This document shows, one piece after another, positions 17,788 through 26,527 of a DNA stretch of 64,000 nucleotides; the stretch's first letter is position 1; each line of letters begins with the position of its first letter. Under the pieces are notes generated by a model, which had not been told where the DNA came from, made no database searches, and saw only the letters and a list, made by a program, of their open reading frames with translations. The DNA comes from an uncultured Chloroflexia bacterium. GTDB taxonomy: Bacteria > Chloroflexota > Limnocylindria > QHBO01. The position numbers and the translations under genes were made by a program. The stretch is taken from NCBI GenBank assembly GCA_963805305.1, contig CAWDTM010000008.1, positions 50,679 through 114,678 of the forward strand. The letters run 5' to 3'.

Positions 17788-18882
17788 ATGCCTCTCCGGG
17801 GTGCCGCCATGGCCCTCGTCCTCGTGGTGCTGCTCGCCGCGTGTGCAAGCCCCGCACCATCGGTCTCCCCGCCTGCGCCAAGCGTCGGCCCGTCGACGGT
17901 TCCGGACGCCAGCGCGGTGGCCCTCGCCTCGCCGTCGGCCACCGCCGTCCCGACCCCGAGTCCCGTGCCGTCGGGACCCCTGCCGGGCAACCTGCTGATC
18001 GCCGACCGGGGGAACGGTCGCCTGCTGATCGTCGACCCGTCCGGCACCATCCTCTGGTCGCTCACCCTCAACCGGCAGGCCGGCTGGTCGCAGGCACCGC
18101 TGGCCGCGGACGACGCCTTCTTCACCGCCGATGGCCGCCAGATCTCGATCAACGCCGAGGACGAGCACGTGATCGCCCGGGTCGACATCGCCACCAGGCG
18201 CATCGTATGGAGCTACGGCCACGATGGCGTCCCCGGCAGCCGCGCCGGCTACCTGAACACGCCGGATGACGCCTACCCGCTCCCGAACGGCGACACGCTC
18301 GTGGCGGACATCTTCAACGAGCGGATCCTCGAGATCTCGCCGGCTGGCCGGATCGTGCGCCAGATCGGGACGACCCGCGTCCGGCGCCACGATCCGCCCA
18401 CCGCGTTCGCGGCACCCAACGGCGACACGCCGCTGCCCGACGGCGGGATCCTGGTCACCGAGATCGGTGGCAGCTGGGTCGACCGGCTGACCGCGTCGGG
18501 CGCCCTCGCCTGGTCCGTGCAGCTGAAAGGGATCCACTACCCGTCTGACGCGCAGCTCCTGCCGAACGGCGAGATCCTCGTCGTGGACTACCACTCGCCC
18601 GGCGCGGTTGCCGTCTTCCGACGGGATGGCACGCTGGTCTGGAGCTACCGCGTCACGAGCGGGGCGGGCCGCCTCGAGCATCCGTCGCTCGCGGTGCTGC
18701 TCCCGAACGGGAACTACGCGGTCACCGACGACGACAACAACCGCGTGGTCGTGATCGATCCGGGGACCGGGAAGATCGTCTGGCAGTACGGACATCGAGG
18801 CGTGGCCGGTACGGCACTCGGCTACCTCAACGGGCCCGACGGGCTGGACTTCGCCGGGCCGGCGGTCCTCCTTCCGTCCTGA
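17788..18882 (+). CDS. Lipoprotein with PQQ/NHL-like beta-propeller repeats
   Basis: Lipobox LLAAC, Pro/Ser/Thr linker, repeated P.DA..LPNG..LV.D and GxIVWxY blades. Confidence 0.8.
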   Translation: MPLRGAAMALVLVVLLAACASPAPSVSPPAPSVGPSTVPDASAVALASPSATAVPTPSPVPSGPLPGNLLIADRGNGRLLIVDPSGTILWSLTLNRQAGWSQAPLAADDAFFTADGRQISINAEDEHVIARVDIATRRIVWSYGHDGVPGSRAGYLNTPDDAYPLPNGDTLVADIFNERILEISPAGRIVRQIGTTRVRRHDPPTAFAAPNGDTPLPDGGILVTEIGGSWVDRLTASGALAWSVQLKGIHYPSDAQLLPNGEILVVDYHSPGAVAVFRRDGTLVWSYRVTSGAGRLEHPSLAVLLPNGNYAVTDDDNNRVVVIDPGTGKIVWQYGHRGVAGTALGYLNGPDGLDFAGPAVLLPS

Positions 18883-18906
18883 CGCGGCCTTCTATACTTC
18901 GCGGCC

Positions 18907-19455
18907 ATGAGCCGCACGATCGAGCTGGTTGCCGGCCTGATGCTCCTCGCCATCGGAGTGCTGGTCCTCGCGTCCGGTTGGATCGCGGACTGGATCGGCA
19001 CGCTGAGCGTGGGCGACCGCTGGCTCGCCTACTGGCCGGCGCTCCTGATCGTGCTGTCGGTGTTCTTCATTGGACCGGCGCTCATCGGTCGCCGCCAGCA
19101 TCGCCGCCTTCGCGCCGGGATGGCCATCCCCGGGGCCGTCCTGCTCGGCGCCGGCCTCGGGCTGCTGTACACGAGCCTGAACGGGCACTGGGGGACGTGG
19201 TCGTCGCTGTGGACCGTGCTGCCGTTCAGCTTCGGCATCGGCATGTACGCGGCCGGCTGGATCGCCGACGCGCCCGCCTTCAAGTGGATCGGTTTCGCGC
19301 TCGCCGTGGGTGCGGTGATCGCGTACCTCGCCCTGGCCACCGCCTTCGGCGGTGAGGCGTTCCGGCTGGTGGGCGCCATCGGCATCATCGCCCTGGGGCT
19401 GGCCCTCACGGTCGGTGGTCTCGCAGAGAGGCTCAGTCGCAAGTCGCCCGCCTGA
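18907..19455 (+). CDS. Membrane protein (LiaF/LiaI-like TM region)
   Basis: 182 aa, about 7 TM segments, YWPALLI motif. TATACT 8 nt before the ATG. Confidence 0.75.
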   Translation: MSRTIELVAGLMLLAIGVLVLASGWIADWIGTLSVGDRWLAYWPALLIVLSVFFIGPALIGRRQHRRLRAGMAIPGAVLLGAGLGLLYTSLNGHWGTWSSLWTVLPFSFGIGMYAAGWIADAPAFKWIGFALAVGAVIAYLALATAFGGEAFRLVGAIGIIALGLALTVGGLAERLSRKSPA

Positions 19456-19465
19456 GGCGCTCGCC

Positions 19466-20794
19466 TCAGCTGCCCCGCGCGTACCACACGTTGCCCGGGC
19501 CGTCGTAGCTGTTTCCCTCGCCCCACAGGGCGTGGAGCGAGGATCCGTCGGAGGCGAGCTCGAAGTAGTCGCCGTAGGGCTGCAGGAACCCTTCCATCGG
19601 AGACGCGAGCTTGTACGAATAGCCCGCGACGTAGGCGGACAGCCGAACGACCGCTCCGAAGGACGCTCCGCCGTCATCCGAGGCGCGCAGGTACGTGTTC
19701 CACCGGGCGCCCGGATCGTTTCCGCCGCCGTCATGTCCGTTGCGGTCATCCATCCAGGCGATCGCGACCCCGTCATCGCCGGTGGTGACCAGCGCCGGGA
19801 ATGCACCATTGACCCCGGAGGCGGCCCCTGAGACGTCCCGGGCCGCGCTGAAGGAGAGCCCCCCGTCGTCGGAGCTCGCGTACAGGACGCGGTTCGGGCC
19901 GCCGGCCTCACTGCTCGCGTTCCACAGCACGTGGACCCGGTCCCGACCGTCCACGCCGAGTGCCATCTGGGCACCCCAGAAGTCCCAGCCGGGGCAATCG
20001 CAGGTCGGCGGTGCCGCGGAGACGCCGACGAGCGTCGTATGCCAGGTCGTCCCCCCATCCGTCGAGCGGGTGACGTACAGGTTGATGTCGCCCTTCGCCT
20101 GCCCGGGACGGGTCACGCCGTTCCAGGCGAAGTAGACCGCGCCGCTGCTGTCCACCGCCCCACCGCTCGGGAGCGAGACACCCACCTTGGCGGTGCTCTT
20201 CATGGGCTGCTGGAGGGTCCAGCTCGCACCGCCGTCGTGGGACGCGGAGACGAAGATCTTCTGCTGTGTGTGATAGGCGAGGTACACGTGCCCGCCTCGC
20301 ACGGCGAGGATGTCCTTGTCGGTCCCGCGCATGAGGGGCTCCACGAGCACGGTCTGCCAGGTGGCGCCGAAGTCATCGGATCGTGCGACGTACTCGGAGG
20401 CCTTGTTGGCCTGCATGAACGCGGCGTAGACCGTCGAGCCGTCGGCGGCATCCACCTCGATCTGTGGATCGTCCTGCCGCTCGTCCGCGGGGGCCAGCGG
20501 CCGTGGCGCGTCCCAGGTCGTCCCGCCGTCGTGCGAGATCTGCAGCTCCGTGTGGGGACTGGCGCAGGTCGGGCACGCAGGATCGGGACCGTAGTGCGTC
20601 CACGTCGCGTACACGGTTCCATGGGCGTCTGCAGCGATCGCCGGCTCCCAGTCGTCGCCGGCCGCGAACCCGAGGCGAGTGGGAGCCCCGAACGCGGGGT
20701 TGGAGCCGGCGGCAGTGAGCAGGATGCCCGCGGCGAGCGCCGCGCCAAGACGGGGGAGGGTCAAACGGTGTCGCACCAGGCACCTCGATGGCAT
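19466..20794 (-). CDS. Secreted BNR/Asp-box repeat (sialidase-fold) protein
   Basis: Signal peptide and at least six S-x-D-x-G-x-[TS]-[WF] Asp boxes. Start may be ATG 20794 or GTG 20776. Minus-strand TTGACG-18-TAGGGT promoter upstream. Confidence 0.82.
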   Translation of the reverse strand: MPSRCLVRHRLTLPRLGAALAAGILLTAAGSNPAFGAPTRLGFAAGDDWEPAIAADAHGTVYATWTHYGPDPACPTCASPHTELQISHDGGTTWDAPRPLAPADERQDDPQIEVDAADGSTVYAAFMQANKASEYVARSDDFGATWQTVLVEPLMRGTDKDILAVRGGHVYLAYHTQQKIFVSASHDGGASWTLQQPMKSTAKVGVSLPSGGAVDSSGAVYFAWNGVTRPGQAKGDINLYVTRSTDGGTTWHTTLVGVSAAPPTCDCPGWDFWGAQMALGVDGRDRVHVLWNASSEAGGPNRVLYASSDDGGLSFSAARDVSGAASGVNGAFPALVTTGDDGVAIAWMDDRNGHDGGGNDPGARWNTYLRASDDGGASFGAVVRLSAYVAGYSYKLASPMEGFLQPYGDYFELASDGSSLHALWGEGNSYDGPGNVWYARGS

Positions 20795-20886
20795 GCGGGA
20801 CGCACCGCGCGGGTTCGCGCTTGACGGCACCCTACGGCGGGTCGCGACGATGCGTCAACATGTGCGTGCACGCACCACCCGGTGGG

Positions 20887-22905
20887 TCAGGCTCGATACG
20901 GACGCCGGTCCTCGAACGCGCGCGCAAACCAATCCAGGACGCGTTCCAGCCGGTCGATCCGCCGGTCCGGGCGCCCAATGGACTGGAATGGGTGGTGCTC
21001 CCCGGGGTAGAGGAGGTACTCGACGGGGCGATCCAGCGCCCGGAGGGCGGCGAACAGCTGCACGTTGTCGGAAGCGGGGCAGATGCGGTCCTCCTCGGCC
21101 TGGATCATGAGCAGCGGAGTACGGATCCTCGCCACGTTGTGCAGCGGCGACCGATCCCACAGCTTGGCCGCGCCCGCGTCGCTCAACGGATCGCCCAGGC
21201 CGCTGCGCCGACCGTCGTATATGCCGAAATAGCACTCCGCCCAGGCGGTGGCCTGGTTCGAGACCCCGTTCTCGCTGACCGCCGCCGCGAAGCGCTGCGT
21301 GACGCCCACCAGCCAGCTGGTCAGGAATCCGCCGTACGAAAGGCCGATGAGGCCCAGGCGGCCGGGATCCGCGAGGCCGCGGGCCACCAGGCCCTCGACC
21401 ACCGCGAGGGCATCAGCCGCGTCGACGTCGCCCCAGCGATCGCCGAGTGCCTCCACCCATGCCCGTCCGAAGCCGGCAGAGCCGCGAATGTTGGGCTGCA
21501 CCACGCGCCAGCCGCGCGCGGTCATGGCCAGGACGTCCAGCGACGGGCCGAATCCCCAGGATCCGGTCGGTCCGCCATGGATGTCCAGGACCGTCGGCAG
21601 GGGCGCGTCGTCCGCGCCGGCGGGGGAATGGAGCCAGGCATGGATGGGGCCTGCGGATCCGGCCAGCTCGAGCTCGTCGAGCCGCGGCCGCGGAAGGCGC
21701 CGCTGCCAGGCGGCGCCATGAGCGGTGAGCCGGCGGAGGGCGCCCGCGTCGACCCGGTACAGCTCCTGCGCCCGACCGCCGAGCTGGGCGTTCACGGCGA
21801 CCCGGCCGCCGGCAACCGCGAGGCCGCGAGCCACGAGCCGGGTCTCCGGGGCAACCATGGGCTCGGCGGAGCCGTCCAGGCCGATGCGCCAGGGGGCGAC
21901 CCGGCCGCGACGCGTGACGAGCACGGCGATCGTCTCTTCGTCGAGCCAGAAGGGGCCCTCGGGCTGGTCGCTGCGGCTCAGGTGCGTGCTCGCCCAGGCG
22001 CCGATCGGCAGATCGAGCCCGGCGGTCAGGGATCGGATCTCGCCGGACGCGGCGTCGATGACGAAGATCTCCGGCTGCGCGGCCTCCGGCGGGTCGGCGA
22101 CGTCGGTGCCGATGGCGGCGATCCAGCGCCCGTCGGGCGAGAAGGCCGGCGCCGCCAGGTCGCCGCGCAGCGAGGCGAGCCGGCGGGACCCGCCGTCCTC
22201 GACCGGGACATTGAAGAGGATGGACTGCGGATTCAGCCCGGCGTCCGGTCCGGCATCGGCCGCGAAGACGATGCTTCGTCCATCCGGCGACCACACGGGC
22301 GTCTGGACGTCGAGGTCGCCCCTGGTCAGCTGGACTGGCCGGGCTCCGCGGCGTGGCGCGACGAGCCAGAGGTGCCGGCGGTGGTCCAGGAACCCGGTGT
22401 CGTCACGGAAGTCCATGCGCGTGATGCGGCGCACCGTGGGTGCCTCGCGTCCGGGTGCGCGGCCCTGGACGAAGCGCTCCTCGGCGACCGGCGCGACGAC
22501 GGCCAGCCGCCGACCATCCGGGCTCCAATGCACGGAGTCGACGCCGTGGGGGAGGTGGCCCAGGGGACGCGCGGGGCCGCCGGCCGCCGGGATGACCCAG
22601 GCCTGGGCCGGGCGCTCGGGATCGGGGACGGTCCGGTCCGCGGGAGCGCGGAGGAACGCGATGAGCCGACCGTCCGGCGAGATGGCGGGATCGGTGTCCA
22701 TGACCCGGCCACTGGTCAGCTGCTGCGGAGGCCCTCCCCCGAGCGCCACGCGCCACAGGTGCCGCCGATACTCGCCCGCGACGACGGTGCGACGCACGTA
22801 GGCGATCCATCCGGCGTCGGCCGCGAGGGTCAGCGTGTCGATCGCGACCTGGGACGCGACCAGCTTTGCGGGGGAGGTGGCGGTGCCGAAGACCGATCGA
22901 TTCAC
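20887..22905 (-). CDS. S9 family peptidase (acylaminoacyl-peptidase-like) with PD40 propeller
   Basis: GTG 22905 after GAGGA. Repeated WSPDG, IHGGP, GLSYGG (Ser), EEDRIC (Asp), GEHH (His). Confidence 0.93.
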   Translation of the reverse strand: MNRSVFGTATSPAKLVASQVAIDTLTLAADAGWIAYVRRTVVAGEYRRHLWRVALGGGPPQQLTSGRVMDTDPAISPDGRLIAFLRAPADRTVPDPERPAQAWVIPAAGGPARPLGHLPHGVDSVHWSPDGRRLAVVAPVAEERFVQGRAPGREAPTVRRITRMDFRDDTGFLDHRRHLWLVAPRRGARPVQLTRGDLDVQTPVWSPDGRSIVFAADAGPDAGLNPQSILFNVPVEDGGSRRLASLRGDLAAPAFSPDGRWIAAIGTDVADPPEAAQPEIFVIDAASGEIRSLTAGLDLPIGAWASTHLSRSDQPEGPFWLDEETIAVLVTRRGRVAPWRIGLDGSAEPMVAPETRLVARGLAVAGGRVAVNAQLGGRAQELYRVDAGALRRLTAHGAAWQRRLPRPRLDELELAGSAGPIHAWLHSPAGADDAPLPTVLDIHGGPTGSWGFGPSLDVLAMTARGWRVVQPNIRGSAGFGRAWVEALGDRWGDVDAADALAVVEGLVARGLADPGRLGLIGLSYGGFLTSWLVGVTQRFAAAVSENGVSNQATAWAECYFGIYDGRRSGLGDPLSDAGAAKLWDRSPLHNVARIRTPLLMIQAEEDRICPASDNVQLFAALRALDRPVEYLLYPGEHHPFQSIGRPDRRIDRLERVLDWFARAFEDRRPYRA

Positions 22906-22921
22906 TCGTCTCGATCCTCCT

Positions 22922-23467
22922 CTACACGCTGAAGAGCATCCGGAGCGAGAGCGCCGCGACGGCCACGCCAGCGGCGGCGGGTACCAGCGAGCGGCGCGCG
23001 CGGGAGGCTGCGCCCGCGAAGTTCGGCGCCAGGATGGATGCCACCAGGGCTCCGACCAGCCCGGCCGCTGCGGCCAGGAACGCCTGAGCGACCGTCGGGG
23101 AGGCGGCGCCCACCTGTCGCTGCCCGGCCAGCGCCGCCCCCACGATGACGGTGACCAGGGCGGCGAAGAGGCCGGAGCCAAGGGTGCCGGCGAAGGCGCG
23201 CACCGGCCCGATCTGGGTGCTTCCGGTGGCGACGGCGCCCACGACGAGCACCGCGGCGACCAGCCAGGTGCCGGCCACCGGGTGCGTGGAGGCGGCGGGC
23301 GCCGCGAGCCAGAACCAGGCGAGGGCGACGATGGGCGCGGCGAGCATGCCCAGGGCGGCGACCCAGGTCAGCGGGCGCGTCCAGTCCTCCGGGTCCTCCG
23401 GCGGCACGACGGCGCCGAGCTTCACGCTGACCGGGACCGCATCCTCCTCGGGCACCGGGGGCGTCAT
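22922..23467 (-). CDS. Hypothetical membrane protein
   Basis: 181 aa, about 5 TM. ATGA overlap with the upstream ligase gene. Confidence 0.75.
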   Translation of the reverse strand: MTPPVPEEDAVPVSVKLGAVVPPEDPEDWTRPLTWVAALGMLAAPIVALAWFWLAAPAASTHPVAGTWLVAAVLVVGAVATGSTQIGPVRAFAGTLGSGLFAALVTVIVGAALAGQRQVGAASPTVAQAFLAAAAGLVGALVASILAPNFAGAASRARRSLVPAAAGVAVAALSLRMLFSV

Positions 23468-24750
23468 GCGATCGCTGCGCCTTCAGGCCTCTCGGCCGAC
23501 CCGACAGCTTGAACCGTCGCGAGGCGGAGGCCCAGGATGCGCGCTCCGAGCTCGCGCACCATCCAGCCGGCCTGTACGGCCAGCTCGGGGTCCGCATCGG
23601 CCCTCGCCAGACCAGCCAGCGCGTGCAGCTCCGGCAGCGCGGCGGGCGTGTCGAGGTCGTCGTCCATGGCAGCCAGGAAACGCGCGCGATGCTCGGCCAC
23701 CACCGGCTCGAGGGTGCCGGGGTCGGCGTGCGCGGGTGCCAGCGGCTCCAGCTCCTCCGCGATGCGGGCGGCGTGCCGCAGGGAGGCGACGCGGGCTGCC
23801 GAGAGGTCGAGATCGGCCTCGTCGAAGTCGACCTCCTCGCGGTAGTGGTGGCTGACGAGGTAATGCCGGATGGCATCGCCGGAATAGGAGGCCAGGAGGT
23901 CACGCACGAGGACGAGATTGCCGAGCGACTTGCTCATCTTCTCGCCGCCGTAGCGCAGCATCCCCGCGTGCATCCAGTAGCGCACGAAGGGACGCGTGCC
24001 GCTCGCTCCCTCGGACTGCGCGATCTCGGCCTCATGGTGCGGGAAGACGAGATCGCCGCCACCGCCGTGGAGCTCGAACTGCGGGCCAAGGTAGGCCATG
24101 GACATCGCCGAGCACTCAATGTGCCAGCCCGGCCGACCCGCGCCCCACGGTGAGGGCCAGGACGGCTCGTCGGCCGCGGATGGCTGCCACAGGACGAAAT
24201 CGAGCGGATCGCGCTTGCCCGCCATGTCCGGCACGTTGCCCCGCTCGTTCGCGATGGGCAGCATCGCCTCGCGGGGAAGGTGCGAAAGCTCGCCGAACTG
24301 CGGGCGCGAGGCCACCGAGTAGTACACGTGGCCCTCGGCTGCGTAGGCGTGCTCGCGGGCGAGGAGCGCGGCGATGATCTCCTGCATCTGCGCGATGTGC
24401 TGCGTGGCGCGCGGGAAGTGATCGGGCGGCAGCCAGTTGAGAGCCGCCATCTCCGTGAGGAAGGTGGTCACGTGGCGGTTGCCCAGGTCCAGGTAGTCCT
24501 CCCCGAGCTCGCGCGCCTTGCGCAGCAGGTCGTCGTCGACGTCGGTCAGGTTCTGCACGTAGGTCACCGGGTGACCCAGGTACTCGAGATACCGATGGAG
24601 CACGTCGAAGCTGATGTACGTGAAGGCGTGGCCCAGGTGACCGGTGTCGTAGGGCGTGACGCCGCACACGTAGAGGCCCACCGGCCGATCGCCGATGGGT
24701 TCGAAGGGCAGCGCCTCGCCGCGGCGGACGTCGAAGAGACGGAGGGTCAC
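23464..24750 (-). CDS. Cysteine--tRNA ligase family paralog, MshC-like (cysteine ligase), lacking the anticodon-binding domain
   Basis: GTG 24750 with TAGAAT 7 nt upstream. [58 protein letters not shown]. Ends shortly after DDLDTPAA. Confidence 0.85.
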   Translation of the reverse strand: MTLRLFDVRRGEALPFEPIGDRPVGLYVCGVTPYDTGHLGHAFTYISFDVLHRYLEYLGHPVTYVQNLTDVDDDLLRKARELGEDYLDLGNRHVTTFLTEMAALNWLPPDHFPRATQHIAQMQEIIAALLAREHAYAAEGHVYYSVASRPQFGELSHLPREAMLPIANERGNVPDMAGKRDPLDFVLWQPSAADEPSWPSPWGAGRPGWHIECSAMSMAYLGPQFELHGGGGDLVFPHHEAEIAQSEGASGTRPFVRYWMHAGMLRYGGEKMSKSLGNLVLVRDLLASYSGDAIRHYLVSHHYREEVDFDEADLDLSAARVASLRHAARIAEELEPLAPAHADPGTLEPVVAEHRARFLAAMDDDLDTPAALPELHALAGLARADADPELAVQAGWMVRELGARILGLRLATVQAVGSAERPEGAAIA

Positions 24751-24817
24751 GCTCGCGATTCTAGGCCGCTCGCGAGGGGCTGGGTCGGGCTGCCGCAGCG
24801 TCCGATCGCGATGGTGC

Positions 24818-24879
24818 GAGGTTGGCAGGCCTCGTAGAATTTCGGCCACCCCGTACGCCTCGGGTGAGCTGCCAACCTC
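24818..24879. repeat. Perfect 11-bp inverted repeat flanking a TAGAAT element
   Basis: GAGGTTGGCAG (24818-24828) and CTGCCAACCTC (24869-24879); TAGAAT at 24835-24840. Confidence 0.7.
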
Positions 24880-24903
24880 CGCCGTACCTCGGGAGCCGAG
24901 TCC

Positions 24904-25011
24904 ATGTGGGAAGTCCTGCGCTGGATGATCGTGTTCGTCCTGGCGCTCCTCTTGATCGTCGTCGCCATCTACCTCGTCCTCGGCGAGCCCCTGCCGATTC
25001 CGCAGTTCTGA
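24904..25011 (+). CDS. Small single-pass membrane protein (35 aa)
   Basis: MWEVLRWMIVFVLALLLIVVAIYLVLGEPLPIPQF*. GGGAG SD and GC-ending codons typical of the genome. Below the ORF-track cutoff. Confidence 0.7.
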   Translation: MWEVLRWMIVFVLALLLIVVAIYLVLGEPLPIPQF

Positions 25012-25020
25012 TCGGCGACC

Positions 25021-25494
25021 TCAGAAGTCCGGCTTCGCGCTCATGAGGAAGCCGATCAGCCCGGTCGCGCCAGCCATGGCATAGGCGATGGCCCGCTGGC
25101 GGCGTGCCCGGCGCTGCCAGTGCGCCGCGTCGGTCTCGGCATTGCGGCCGACCAGCCGGCGGAGGTTCGGGCGGGAGACGAAGGCCGCCACGACCAGGTT
25201 CGCGGCGTAGATCCCCAGGGCGGCGAGAAGCCACGGGCGGCGCAGGAGGTCCGCCCCAAGGATGGCGACGAGGCCCGCCCCCGTCACCGCGAGCGCGATC
25301 GCGATCGCCACGCTGCCGCTCCCCTGCATCGCGAGAAGGGCACGGCGTGTCACGCCCCGTGCCGCCCGCGGCGACGAGTCCCGATCCGAGGTCCCGTCGT
25401 GCGCGCGGAGCAGGAAGGGGAGCAGAAGGCTGGGAAGGAGCAGCGAGACCGCCAGGGTCACGTGGACGGCGAGCAGGATGGCGAACCACGGCAT
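25021..25494 (-). CDS. DUF2269-like membrane protein
   Basis: LLAVHV N-terminus, 4 TM, C-terminal FLMSAKP motif. Confidence 0.75.
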   Translation of the reverse strand: MPWFAILLAVHVTLAVSLLLPSLLLPFLLRAHDGTSDRDSSPRAARGVTRRALLAMQGSGSVAIAIALAVTGAGLVAILGADLLRRPWLLAALGIYAANLVVAAFVSRPNLRRLVGRNAETDAAHWQRRARRQRAIAYAMAGATGLIGFLMSAKPDF

Positions 25495-25567
25495 GGTCGC
25501 GGCATCCTACCCGAAGTGCCGGACCGGGGGATAGGCCCCGTTCGCGCGGGAGCCTAGACTCCGTGGC

Positions 25568-26518
25568 ATGCAGTTCTTCGATGCCTCCGCGATCCGTGCC
25601 GCGACCCCGGTCATCGCGCTCCTCGACGCCGTCGAGGCCGGCTATCGGGACGTTGCCGCCGGTCGGGACCGCTCGCCTGTGCGGACCCGGGTTGGCCTCC
25701 CGGGCGGCGACCTCCTCGTGATGCCGGGCGTCCGTGAGGGCGGAACGGGCGCCGCGGTGAAGCTCGTGACCGTAATCCCCGACAACGCGTCACGCGGACT
25801 GCCGACCCTGCATGCCGTGATCGCCTGGTTTGACGCGGTGACCGGGGAGCCGCTGGCGATCCTCGATGGTACGGAGGTCACCGCCATGCGCACCGGCGCC
25901 GCCTCTGGCGTCGGCACCCGGCTGCTGGCCCGCGAGGACGCATCGGTCCTGACACTGTTCGGCTGTGGGGGCCAGGCGGCCTGGCAGGTGCGGGCGGTCT
26001 GCGCGGCTCGCCCCATCCGCGAGGTTCGCGTCTTTGCCAGGAACCATGCGAGGCGCGAGGCCTTCGCGGCAGCGATGGCCGGCGAGCTGGGCCCGGCGGT
26101 CCGTGTCGTGGCCAGCGCGTCGGCCGAGGCGGCCGCCCGCGGGGCGGACGTCATCTGCTGTGCCACCACGGCGACGGAGCCGGTCTTCGACCCGGCCTGG
26201 GTCGCCCCCGGCACTCACATCAACGGGGTCGGCGCGTACCGCCTGGACATGGTCGAGATCCCCCCGGCGCTTTTCGCGCAGGCGGATGTCGTGGCGGTCG
26301 ATTCACGTGACGCGGCCCTGGCCGAAGCCGGGGACCTGGTGGCGGCGTTCGGTGCCGGCCATCTGCCGCGAGACGGCTTCATCGAGATCGGCGAGGTGGA
26401 GCGCGACTGGGCCGCCACCCGTGATCCGTCGGCAGTCACCATCTTCAAGAGCGTCGGCCTTGCGATCCAGGACGTGGCCGCCGCCGAGCTGATCGTCGGT
26501 CGGATTCTCGCGGGCTGA
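25568..26518 (+). CDS. Ornithine cyclodeaminase/mu-crystallin family protein
   Basis: KLVTV.PDN, TAMRTGAAS, GCGGQA, HINGVGA, FKSVGLAIQD. Confidence 0.92.
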   Translation: MQFFDASAIRAATPVIALLDAVEAGYRDVAAGRDRSPVRTRVGLPGGDLLVMPGVREGGTGAAVKLVTVIPDNASRGLPTLHAVIAWFDAVTGEPLAILDGTEVTAMRTGAASGVGTRLLAREDASVLTLFGCGGQAAWQVRAVCAARPIREVRVFARNHARREAFAAAMAGELGPAVRVVASASAEAAARGADVICCATTATEPVFDPAWVAPGTHINGVGAYRLDMVEIPPALFAQADVVAVDSRDAALAEAGDLVAAFGAGHLPRDGFIEIGEVERDWAATRDPSAVTIFKSVGLAIQDVAAAELIVGRILAG

Positions 26519-26527
26519 TCGACCCGC

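Noticed and set aside
24818-24879. Invertible promoter (phase variation switch)
   Set aside because: Only 40 bp lie between the repeats and no recombinase is in the window; kept only as an unexplained inverted repeat.
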